DNA from: Patescibacteria group bacterium
Lineage (GTDB): Bacteria; Patescibacteriota; Microgenomatia; UBA8517
Direction of reading: 5' to 3'
Assembly: GCA_035291665.1 (NCBI GenBank)
Contig: DATDRP010000001.1
Location: 289,127-331,681, forward strand
Length of the DNA: 42,555 bases
Position numbers and translations under genes: made by a program. Below the pieces are notes generated by a model. That model was not told the DNA's origin. It saw only the letters and a list, made by a program, of their open reading frames with translations, and ran no database searches. How positions within the stretch are numbered: the first letter of the stretch is position 1; every line of letters starts with the position of its first letter. This document shows, piece by piece, positions 1 to 6,778 of the stretch.

Positions 1-2
1 AA

Positions 3-170
3 GTACATGAAGTTGTGGGGAAATGGCTCACAACGGGAGATCCATTAAGTTATATGAAAACGCAGGTCGTTTTTGCTTTGGAAAGATCAGATATCGGTCA
101 GGAATTTGCAACTTTTTTACAGGGTATCGATATAGATAAATACGCTTCAGGTACGAAAAAGAATAACTAG
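3..170 (+). CDS. 3' end of a CDS entering from the left edge (function unknown)
   Basis: Frame 3 is open from the window edge to TAG at 168-170 (56 codons, VHEVVGKWLTTGDPLSYMKTQVVFALERSDIGQEF...). It is absent from the ORF track because no start codon lies in the window. No motif recognised. Confidence 0.3.
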   Translation, partial: VHEVVGKWLTTGDPLSYMKTQVVFALERSDIGQEFATFLQGIDIDKYASGTKKNN

Positions 171-398
171 AAGACTGACTACGCCAAATATTGATATTGC
201 TAAATATTCCATGATTATCGATAAATGCAGGTCTTTATGGACGTAATGGTGTATGATTCCCCAAGAAAAATAACCGACGCCCGATGCAACGACAGATGAA
301 GCTTGAAAGAATCTATCGTAGGGTGATAAGTAAAAGCCTATAAATCCCAAAAACAAAATTGCGATAAGCGGCAGGTAATGTATTGAATGCTTTCCCAT
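147..398 (-). CDS. small integral membrane protein (hypothetical)
   Basis: 83-aa ORF with three hydrophobic helices. It lies 9 nt downstream of the CAP-domain gene on the same strand. Confidence 0.55.
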   Translation of the reverse strand: MGKHSIHYLPLIAILFLGFIGFYLSPYDRFFQASSVVASGVGYFSWGIIHHYVHKDLHLSIIMEYLAISIFGVVSLLVILFRT

Positions 399-407
399 AT
401 TAGTAAC

Positions 408-1352
408 TTACAAAATACCTCCCACATGAGTAATTATTGCCAATGACAGGACCAGACCCAAAAATGCTAAATGGGCAAAGACTTTTCCGCCATAGCGCGA
501 AAGTTTCTTTTTAGCGATCACAAATGAATCAACAATAAATACAACAACCAAAAGTCCGGTTGACAGCAATGTCAGAGTTTTGGTTGTCAAAAATGGCGAT
601 GTCAATTTTTTGGCCCGCGTTCCTCCACTTATGTTTCCGTTTTGGGAAAAAACAGGTAACTCTGCTGATGTCGGGTTTGGTGTTGGCGCAATAGTCGGTA
701 CTCCGGACGGGATTGCCTGGGCAAGGACAGTGTTCTCATTTGATTTCGCCGCTACGGTTTCAGGTGTTGTTGCCGAAGACCCTTCCAGTTTTTTTCCGAA
801 TAACTGGACAATTATTGTCGTATCGACACCGTTTAAATCGCCTTCAACCACGGCGATTCCAATTTCATCGTATTTTGTCGATAACAGATTTTCTTTGTGG
901 GTAGGAGAAGCCATCCAGGCATCGACCGCCGAACCCGCAGAAGGAAAATCCTTTGCTAAATTTTCACCTGCATATTTGTACTTATACCCTGCATCTATAA
1001 AAAATTTCCACGGTTGTGTACCATCCGGAGCAACATGTGCCCAATAATCCTTCGCCAACATATCTTCACCTTTTGCTTTGGCTGCAGCCGTCAATTGCGG
1101 ATTTACTCTAAGCACACCTGCGCCTGCATTGGTCCGATTGCTATTTGTCAGATTTACCACATCATCAACCGATATGCTGGAAGCATAACCCAAGATTTTT
1201 ATACCAACGCTCGGGCTAAATTGTAAGAACAGCTGGGCAACAATCATAAGCAAAACGATCATAAAGATCGATTCGCTATGAAGTAATTTTGCTTTCTGGT
1301 CATTTGAATAACCAGGCAAAATAAAATGGCTTAGATGGGCAAGTGTTCTCAT
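408..1352 (-). CDS. membrane-anchored CAP/SCP/PR-1 (YkwD-like) domain protein
   Basis: AKDYWAHVAPDGTQPW...YAGENLAKDF...AVDAWMASPTHKENLL matches the CAP-domain signature. It has an N-terminal TM helix, a P/T-rich linker and C-terminal TM helices. ATG at 1352 is preferred over the TTG at 1388 used by the ORF track. Confidence 0.8.
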   Translation of the reverse strand: MRTLAHLSHFILPGYSNDQKAKLLHSESIFMIVLLMIVAQLFLQFSPSVGIKILGYASSISVDDVVNLTNSNRTNAGAGVLRVNPQLTAAAKAKGEDMLAKDYWAHVAPDGTQPWKFFIDAGYKYKYAGENLAKDFPSAGSAVDAWMASPTHKENLLSTKYDEIGIAVVEGDLNGVDTTIIVQLFGKKLEGSSATTPETVAAKSNENTVLAQAIPSGVPTIAPTPNPTSAELPVFSQNGNISGGTRAKKLTSPFLTTKTLTLLSTGLLVVVFIVDSFVIAKKKLSRYGGKVFAHLAFLGLVLSLAIITHVGGIL

Positions 1353-1388
1353 AACAAAATCATAAAAATTCGAAATTTCACATAACAA

Positions 1389-2687
1389 CTACTTCAAGCT
1401 GAATATCTCCTTGTTAATTTTATATCTTTTAATGCCAATTTCGATAAGCTGTTTTTCGATTTCCAAAACAAACTCCTGGCCACCGGTTACAAAATAAGTT
1501 GCACCTTTTTTTCCTTTGAGTATTTTTTTTAACAAACGGGCATCTATTCTTGAATTAATATAATTCAGGCGTTTTTCCTGTGTCAAAAAAAACGCAGTTT
1601 TGAGGCCTTTTTTCTTAAGTCTTGATAGGTCGTCTTTAAAGACGATGTCTTTGTATATTTTATTTGAAAGTATTAAAAAAGCATTTTTTAAAGCGTTTTT
1701 TTCTTCAAGATATAAAAGATTTGAAAAAGATGGGGTTATACCAATACCCGCTGCGATGAAAACATATGGAGGACCATATCGTACTACGCTCAAATTCCCG
1801 TAAGGTCCTTCCAGCTTTACATTCGAACCTTTGGTAATATCAGGTAAGATTTTTGTATAATCACCGACTTTTTTAACTGTAAGCATAACTTCACCATCCT
1901 CCGAGTAACCGCTTATTGTGAAATGATGTTCTTCTTTCGGAACATGCGAATCATAAAAATGAGTAAAAACAAACTGTCCCGGATTATATTTCAGAGCCTT
2001 TGAATTATTGGCCGGATGCAGGATATACGAGAAAACCTCATTGTTTTGTTTCTTAACTTCGGTAACCGTATATTCGTATATTTTCTTCCCGAAAATATGG
2101 AAATATCGATCAAGAAATGATAATACTGCCAAAATAATAAAACCAAGAACATAATAAAATACAACATTTCTATGCAGAAAATCGCTTCCAAGCAAGAATG
2201 CATGAACCAGTACTATTATTAGGATCAGATAAATGAAGCGGTGGAGTTTTTTCCAAAATTCATATTTCAATTTTAATTTCCCCGAATACATTGCACCAAA
2301 TACCGTAACCAAAAGGCCTGTTAGAGCGATTACCCCAAGCCAATAAGGAAAAGTTATGGATTCGATAATTTGTCTTAAATCGAATTTGAAATCGTTGATA
2401 TACGAAAAGAAAATCATCGTCGGATGTGCAATGGCGAATAAAAGTACTATTTTGGCATTTAACGAGTGAAGTATTAACACATTCGGATAACCAAATAATC
2501 TGTCGAGAATCTTATTTCGTGAAGACAGTACCAACTGAAACAAACCCAACGTTATAGCCGCAATGCCATATGACTTGGCAAATTTATAATATGTTGGGTT
2601 AACCGTATCTACCGAAAAGACTAAAATCACGGGGATGATCAATAACAGAGGATAAAAAAATTTAACCAGACCGGTTGAATTTTTCAT
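1389..2687 (-). CDS. NOX-like ferric-reductase-domain flavocytochrome (FRD transmembrane domain plus FAD/NAD(P)H-binding domain)
   Basis: Six-helix N-terminal domain with two His pairs, H-x13-H (HSLNAKIVLLFAIAH) and H-x12-H (HRFIYLILIIVLVH). The C-terminal domain carries HHFTISG (HPFT-like FAD motif), GPYG and AAGIGITP (NAD(P)H motif). Confidence 0.85.
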   Translation of the reverse strand: MKNSTGLVKFFYPLLLIIPVILVFSVDTVNPTYYKFAKSYGIAAITLGLFQLVLSSRNKILDRLFGYPNVLILHSLNAKIVLLFAIAHPTMIFFSYINDFKFDLRQIIESITFPYWLGVIALTGLLVTVFGAMYSGKLKLKYEFWKKLHRFIYLILIIVLVHAFLLGSDFLHRNVVFYYVLGFIILAVLSFLDRYFHIFGKKIYEYTVTEVKKQNNEVFSYILHPANNSKALKYNPGQFVFTHFYDSHVPKEEHHFTISGYSEDGEVMLTVKKVGDYTKILPDITKGSNVKLEGPYGNLSVVRYGPPYVFIAAGIGITPSFSNLLYLEEKNALKNAFLILSNKIYKDIVFKDDLSRLKKKGLKTAFFLTQEKRLNYINSRIDARLLKKILKGKKGATYFVTGGQEFVLEIEKQLIEIGIKRYKINKEIFSLK

Positions 2688-3091
2688 GATTCGGAAGACA
2701 AAACCTCTTTCTTTTTGGCTAACTTGCTGGCTGTTTCACTGGCAAGCCTACCGCCTCCAAAATAAACCAACGGCAAAAGGATTGTTATGTCCAGTGCGAT
2801 GAATGATGTTCGGACCCAAGAATTAACTGCTTTTGAAGCATTAGTGAAGCATTCATCTTTCGAGGATAATAAAAATGAATGAATCGGATTGTCAAGCGGA
2901 TTATCTTGTGTCAAACCCTGACTTAACACAACATCGCAAAGTGCAACCTGATTTTGATAAATTTTACCGGCTTTAAACTTATAAATATAAAAAGAAAGTA
3001 AAAAAAGAAGAAATGCAATAAATGTAATCACTCTTACAAAATTATCCACACCGCGTTTAAAACGGTTAACCCTGTATTGAATTTCTTCCAT
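2684..3091 (-). CDS. hypothetical membrane protein, translationally coupled to the NOX-like gene
   Basis: 135-aa ORF with two TM helices. Its stop overlaps the downstream start (ATGA at 2684-2687). Confidence 0.6.
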   Translation of the reverse strand: MEEIQYRVNRFKRGVDNFVRVITFIAFLLFLLSFYIYKFKAGKIYQNQVALCDVVLSQGLTQDNPLDNPIHSFLLSSKDECFTNASKAVNSWVRTSFIALDITILLPLVYFGGGRLASETASKLAKKKEVLSSES

Positions 3092-3171
3092 ACGTCAAAT
3101 AGCTATACTAAGAATATAAAATTTTCATAAAAAAATCCAATATTACAACCGGTAAACTTATTTTGAAGGTG

Positions 3172-3858
3172 TCAAATTTTTCCAAAAGTCACTTCGTTAA
3201 GAAAAAGCGGCTTGGTCGTGAAGATATCCGCTTCATCACGAAGATTTTCCTTTCTCTCAACTATAGAGTTAACATCATAGTCAGATATCCCTATGTCTTC
3301 GAGCATTTTTGTAATTTGAGATTTATCGAATCGGCTTCTGATTTGCTCACCCTCAATAAATACATTTTCTTCCAATTCAACGCAATTGGTTGTTAAAAAT
3401 TTCATTTCTTCAATATCGTCCGGTGATTTCAAAGCTAAGTAGGCTCTTCCTTCACGGTGCAAAACCCTGTATATTTCAGAAAACAATTTTCTTGTCTCAT
3501 CCGTAGGGAAATAATTAAGACCGATCCTTGAATATACGATATCGAAACTATTTTCTTTCAAAGGAAGCATTCCTACTCCAAAATCAGCCGTAATAGTTAA
3601 AAGTTTCTGATCCAATCCCCGGCTTTTTACGAGAGATTTTGCCTGAGATAAAGCAAATTTTGAAATATCAAGAAGTACTACATTATGGCCGTTTTCTAAA
3701 AAAAACAAAGCGTCGTAACCCAAACCCCCACCCAGTTCACAAATCTTACTGCCTCGGGAAAATTTAGGCTCTGATAGTTGAGCATAATATGAATGTTTTA
3801 TAGATTCACCGGAGAGTCTTTTGTTGATTTCATTCCATCTCTTTTCGTCAGAGTTCAT
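3172..3858 (-). CDS. class I SAM-dependent methyltransferase
   Basis: Motif I (ICELGGGLGYDALFF) followed by an acidic motif II (VVLLDIS), typical of the Rossmann-fold methyltransferase domain. Confidence 0.85.
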   Translation of the reverse strand: MNSDEKRWNEINKRLSGESIKHSYYAQLSEPKFSRGSKICELGGGLGYDALFFLENGHNVVLLDISKFALSQAKSLVKSRGLDQKLLTITADFGVGMLPLKENSFDIVYSRIGLNYFPTDETRKLFSEIYRVLHREGRAYLALKSPDDIEEMKFLTTNCVELEENVFIEGEQIRSRFDKSQITKMLEDIGISDYDVNSIVERKENLRDEADIFTTKPLFLNEVTFGKI

Positions 3859-3921
3859 ATTGTTAGTTGATTCTTAATTGTTGTACTACTTTAAGATGTG
3901 TCAATGCAAGTATGTAATCTG

Positions 3922-3995
3922 TGCTCGTGCCTGGATTCGAACCAGGGACCTTTCGGATGTGAACCGGACGCTCTAACCAGCTGAGCTACACGAGC
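3922..3995 (-). tRNA. tRNA-Val (anticodon CAC)
   Basis: The reverse complement folds as a cloverleaf. Acceptor GCTCGTG/CACGAGC; D arm GCTC-AGCTGGTTA-GAGC; anticodon loop TTCACAT; variable loop AGGTC; T arm CCTGG-TTCGAAT-CCAGG; discriminator A. CCA is not encoded. There is one C-A mismatch in the anticodon stem. Confidence 0.9.
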
Positions 3996-4052
3996 TAAAA
4001 AGAAGTGCTTCTTAACCTTAAATTTTATCACTTTACTGCCACCTCCAACAAG

Positions 4053-4082
4053 TTGACCGGAAAACCTTTTTTTGATTATATT
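4053..4082 (+). promoter_or_regulatory. putative sigma70-type promoter for the IMPDH-like gene
   Basis: TTGACC (4053-4058), 18-nt spacer, TATATT (4077-4082), 20 nt before the ATG at 4103. Confidence 0.35.
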
Positions 4083-4102
4083 TAAAGTCGTTGATTTCAG
4101 AC

Positions 4103-5161
4103 ATGAATCAAAAGTTTTCAACAGGACTTTCTTACGACGACGTTCTTTTAACGCCGATGCATTCGGAAATTAAAAGTCGAAGCGATGTTGATATATCTTC
4201 CTACATTTCCAAAAAATGTGTTCTTAAAGTTCCACTTATGTCTTCCCCAATGAATGATGTTACAGATGATAAATTTGCGATAGATCTCGGAAAAAATGGC
4301 GGTTTGGGAATAATATCACGTTTCAACAGCATTGAAACTCAAACCGAAATGGTAAAAAACGTTAAAAAAAATGGTCTGATCTGCAGTGCGGCAGTTGGAA
4401 TCAAAGAAGGTTCAATTGAAAGAGCTGAAAGTTTGGTCGAAGCAGGGGTCGACATATTACTTATCGACGTTGCCAATGGACATTTGCAAAAAGCTATAGA
4501 CTTTACAGAAGATCTTAAAAATCGCTTTGGGGAAAAAGTCGATATATGGTCAGGTTTGGTTGCAACAGCTGACGGAGCCAAAAGACTTTTTTCTGTTGGA
4601 GCAGAATGCGTCCATGTTGGTATAGGAGGGGGTTCAATTTGTACTACACGAATTCAAACCGGATGCGGAGTGCCAAATATAACGACGATATTGGATTGTG
4701 CCGAAGTAGCCAGAAAAGTGAAAAAGACTATTATAGTGGATGGCGGAGTGAAATCTCCCGGAGATATAGTCAAAGCATTGGCTGCCGGAGTAAGCGCCGT
4801 AAGGTGTGGATACTTTCTGACCGGTTTTGATACATCTCCGGGAAAATTTATTGTTAAAGATGGAAAAAAATATAAAACCTACAGCGGATCGACATCACTG
4901 ACGGAAAAATCCAAACATCTGAAAAGCATAAAAAATGAATTAAATAAGAATTATACAAATTATATCGAAGGAGTATCCGGAATGGTCCCGTATAAAGGAG
5001 AACTTGGAATTTTTCTTGATAAAACTATTGGAAATATTAAGTCCGGTTTTTCATATTGCGGAGCACAAAATATAACCGAACTTTGGAAGAAGGGAAAATT
5101 TATCCAAATAACACAAATGGGCAGGCGAGAAAGCGATACCCATGATGTAATTGTTGTGTGA
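4103..5161 (+). CDS. IMP dehydrogenase/GMP reductase family protein lacking the CBS subdomain
   Basis: N-terminal GLSYDDVLLTP and the catalytic-Cys loop GIGGGSICTTR are hallmarks of the IMPDH/GMPR TIM barrel. At about 352 aa there is no room for a CBS pair. ATG at 4103 is preferred over the TTG at 4091. Confidence 0.9.
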   Translation: MNQKFSTGLSYDDVLLTPMHSEIKSRSDVDISSYISKKCVLKVPLMSSPMNDVTDDKFAIDLGKNGGLGIISRFNSIETQTEMVKNVKKNGLICSAAVGIKEGSIERAESLVEAGVDILLIDVANGHLQKAIDFTEDLKNRFGEKVDIWSGLVATADGAKRLFSVGAECVHVGIGGGSICTTRIQTGCGVPNITTILDCAEVARKVKKTIIVDGGVKSPGDIVKALAAGVSAVRCGYFLTGFDTSPGKFIVKDGKKYKTYSGSTSLTEKSKHLKSIKNELNKNYTNYIEGVSGMVPYKGELGIFLDKTIGNIKSGFSYCGAQNITELWKKGKFIQITQMGRRESDTHDVIVV

Positions 5162-5332
5162 CATCCTCTCCGTTCTTTTTAACGAAGTCTTAAGCTTTGC
5201 TTACAAGCGGGGTTTCTTCCTCTAAAGGAGGGTGATACTTCAACGCTCGTCGTCCGCCTGTCGGACAGATAGGGTAGGCGGGTCAGGGTTCAATTCCCCG
5301 CACCGCTGCTATGTTTATGTAAACTAAACGTT
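5159..5332 (+). repeat. structured GC-rich repeat element, copy A (long form), possible ncRNA or 3'UTR element
   Basis: Four blocks align to 25930-26022, and three conserved hairpins are retained. U-G wobbles are compatible only with the plus-sense strand. See findings. Confidence 0.5.
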
Positions 5333-5382
5333 AGCTGAAAATTAGCTCCAAAATACTTTGAGGAGGGTGGTTAGGAAAGTAT

Positions 5383-5982
5383 TCACAACTTCATTATAAA
5401 TCTTTTCAAATTCCAGACAGAAAGATATACTCTTGGTTTATAAATTAACGAAGCTTTTTTTGAAAAAAATTTGGGATTTGCATCTGTATCTACTAAATAA
5501 CACTTTTTTGTCTGATCTTCAATCAAAATATTTGGAGTATATCGTGGCCCAAGAAAAACAGCCATTGAGTTTCCAAGAAGATCAGGTAATCTGCCTGTTT
5601 CCTCCCACATACTCAGACATTGCTGCAAAAGAAGTTTTAAATTTGATCTAACTTGAGGATCTTTCAGTTCCTTATTTCCTAACTTTTTAATTGGCATTCC
5701 ATTTACCCTTCTTTGCACAATGTAGTTTGTGGGTTTTCCTTCAGTGTTGGATCCTCTAATAAAATTTGTTTCCGGAATGAATTTATCTAATCTCGTCCTA
5801 AGAAGTTCGTAATCTTCTTTGTTTTGTCTCAACGCTCTCAAAGTATTTACATCCCCACTCTGGGTTACTTCCTTTATTACCCAATTATCATCATATTTCA
5901 AAACACGAGAAACAGCTCCCTCTCCTATTTTTTCCACCGACTTATTAGCAAAAGGAGTATTAAACTTTTCTTCTTCCGACAT
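5383..5982 (-). CDS. small protein-kinase-like fold protein (atypical, possibly inactive)
   Basis: Gly-rich loop IGEGAVSRV followed by VIKE (candidate ATP-binding Lys); later PNILIED and YLVDTD resemble the catalytic and Mg-binding segments. No HxD catalytic Asp is visible. Clean 199-aa ORF with an ATG start. Confidence 0.55.
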   Translation of the reverse strand: MSEEEKFNTPFANKSVEKIGEGAVSRVLKYDDNWVIKEVTQSGDVNTLRALRQNKEDYELLRTRLDKFIPETNFIRGSNTEGKPTNYIVQRRVNGMPIKKLGNKELKDPQVRSNLKLLLQQCLSMWEETGRLPDLLGNSMAVFLGPRYTPNILIEDQTKKCYLVDTDANPKFFSKKASLIYKPRVYLSVWNLKRFIMKL

Positions 5983-6085
5983 ATCTATATTCTACATTAC
6001 CCTGGGGGAATATAAATTTGAAGGTGTTCTCCATATAATCCTTTATTTGAAATCAATTTTGTGCGTAGAAAGTTTGAATGTCTTC

Positions 6086-6133
6086 TCCCAGTACGTCTCT
6101 CCTCGTTCGCGTACGGGACTATCGCATCCAGGG
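6086..6133. repeat. conserved GC-rich block R1 (paralogue of 6603-6651)
   Basis: TCCCAGTACGTCTCTCCTCGTTCGCGTACGGGACTATCGCATCCAGGG matches R2 at about 36 of 43 aligned positions. It is followed by a perfect hairpin CCAAGT-CTG-ACTTGG (6164-6178). Confidence 0.6.
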
Positions 6134-6255
6134 CTGCCGAGTACCATTCGATACCCGGCTTCTCCAAGTCTGACTTGGCTTCGCAAATTAGCTTCAAAAA
6201 TCTTTGTTATTAGAGGGCGGATGAAAGGAAATTCATCTTCTGATAATATTATCGT

Positions 6256-6582
6256 ATGCATATTATTTTTCACTTCGAACCAGATAAAATTAATTACTTC
6301 TTGTTGATACCCACACTTGTATTTTTCCTCGGTTTCATCAAACTGAGTAAGTTAACTAATACTGGTTGTACGGTAGTCTTAATAGGAACAAAACCAATAA
6401 TGTGGATAAGACTTTTACCCGGAAAATTGACAAAAGACAAAATCGATAGAGATTTCAAATTCTACTTGAATTATAGTTATTGGACACCCGCAAAAACGAA
6501 ATTCTATTCATTTTTTTATCTTCTGTGTAGTATCTCAGTGTTTATAATAAGTTTTGTAGAGTTGGTTGACAATCGTTTTTAA
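6256..6582 (+). CDS. hypothetical small membrane protein (doubtful)
   Basis: This 108-aa ORF is the only open frame in the AT-rich 6200-6600 gap and has two hydrophobic segments. It shows no recognisable similarity. It starts about 165 nt after block R1. Confidence 0.3.
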   Translation: MHIIFHFEPDKINYFLLIPTLVFFLGFIKLSKLTNTGCTVVLIGTKPIMWIRLLPGKLTKDKIDRDFKFYLNYSYWTPAKTKFYSFFYLLCSISVFIISFVELVDNRF

Positions 6583-6602
6583 TAAAAAACGTTCGAATAC
6601 TT

Positions 6603-6651
6603 TCCCCTGGTACGTCTCTAATCACTCGCTTACGGGACTGTCGCATCCGGG
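6603..6651. repeat. conserved GC-rich block R2 (paralogue of 6086-6133), upstream of lepB
   Basis: TCCCCTGGTACGTCTCTAATCACTCGCTTACGGGACTGTCGCATCCGGG. It is followed by local helices GGGAC/GTCCC (6634-6638 with 6669-6673) and CGCC-GAAT-GGCG (6675-6686). Confidence 0.6.
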
Positions 6652-6778
6652 ATTAGGTACAGAACCGGGTCCCACGCCGAATGGCGGGGATAACCGAGCT
6701 AATAGTTCGACTCCTCTCACTATCCTGAGTATGTCGAAGGATGCTTTGTCTTTTCTCGAATCTGTTATAATAATCTTT

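Noticed and set aside
3996-4102. Purine riboswitch upstream of the IMPDH-like gene; T-box leaders upstream of ileS (12882-12922) and glyQS (34666-34847)
   Set aside because: The spacers are too short (41-107 nt) or lack the conserved cores: no purine-riboswitch junction sequence, and no T-box AGAGA/specifier/T-box sequence. Only a small ATCTCT/AGAGAT hairpin is seen upstream of glyQS.
3891-4121. 76-aa ORF on the minus strand
   Set aside because: It is made almost entirely of the tRNA-Val gene and its flanks, so it is a spurious translation.
5206-5308. A bona fide tRNA (including tRNA-Sec via the CTTCAAC loop containing TCA) or the 3' end of a tmRNA gene
   Set aside because: No D arm or anticodon stem can be folded, because the bases flanking the TCA loop do not pair. 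The span is too long for a tRNA and far too short for a tmRNA. The upstream 350 nt is the IMPDH-like CDS, there is no tag-peptide reading frame, and CCA is absent. It is kept only as a T-arm-like module.
6086-6125. Group II intron domain V on the minus strand (CCCGTACGCGAACGAGGAGAGACGTACTGGG)
   Set aside because: The inner 16 nt do not form the upper helix with a GNRA loop, there is no AGC triad context and no domain VI, and no reverse transcriptase or maturase ORF is present in the window.
5997-6273. Minus-strand ORFs 5997-6197 and 6043-6273 and plus-strand ORF 5819-6307 as real genes
   Set aside because: All of them read through repeat block R1. The shared peptide strings (TGLSHPGL, PGCDSPV) recur at R2 in ORFs that run into stops or into lepB. 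This shows that the conservation is at nucleotide level, not protein level.
6086-6700. RNase P RNA, suggested by ACAGAACCGGG (6659-6669) and ACCCGGCTT (6153-6161), which resemble the CR-V/P4 3' strand
   Set aside because: No GAGGAAAGTCC-type CR-I partner exists on either strand. The required 300 nt upstream is either the kinase-like CDS or AT-rich unstructured sequence. The two strings lie in the non-homologous parts of R1 and R2.
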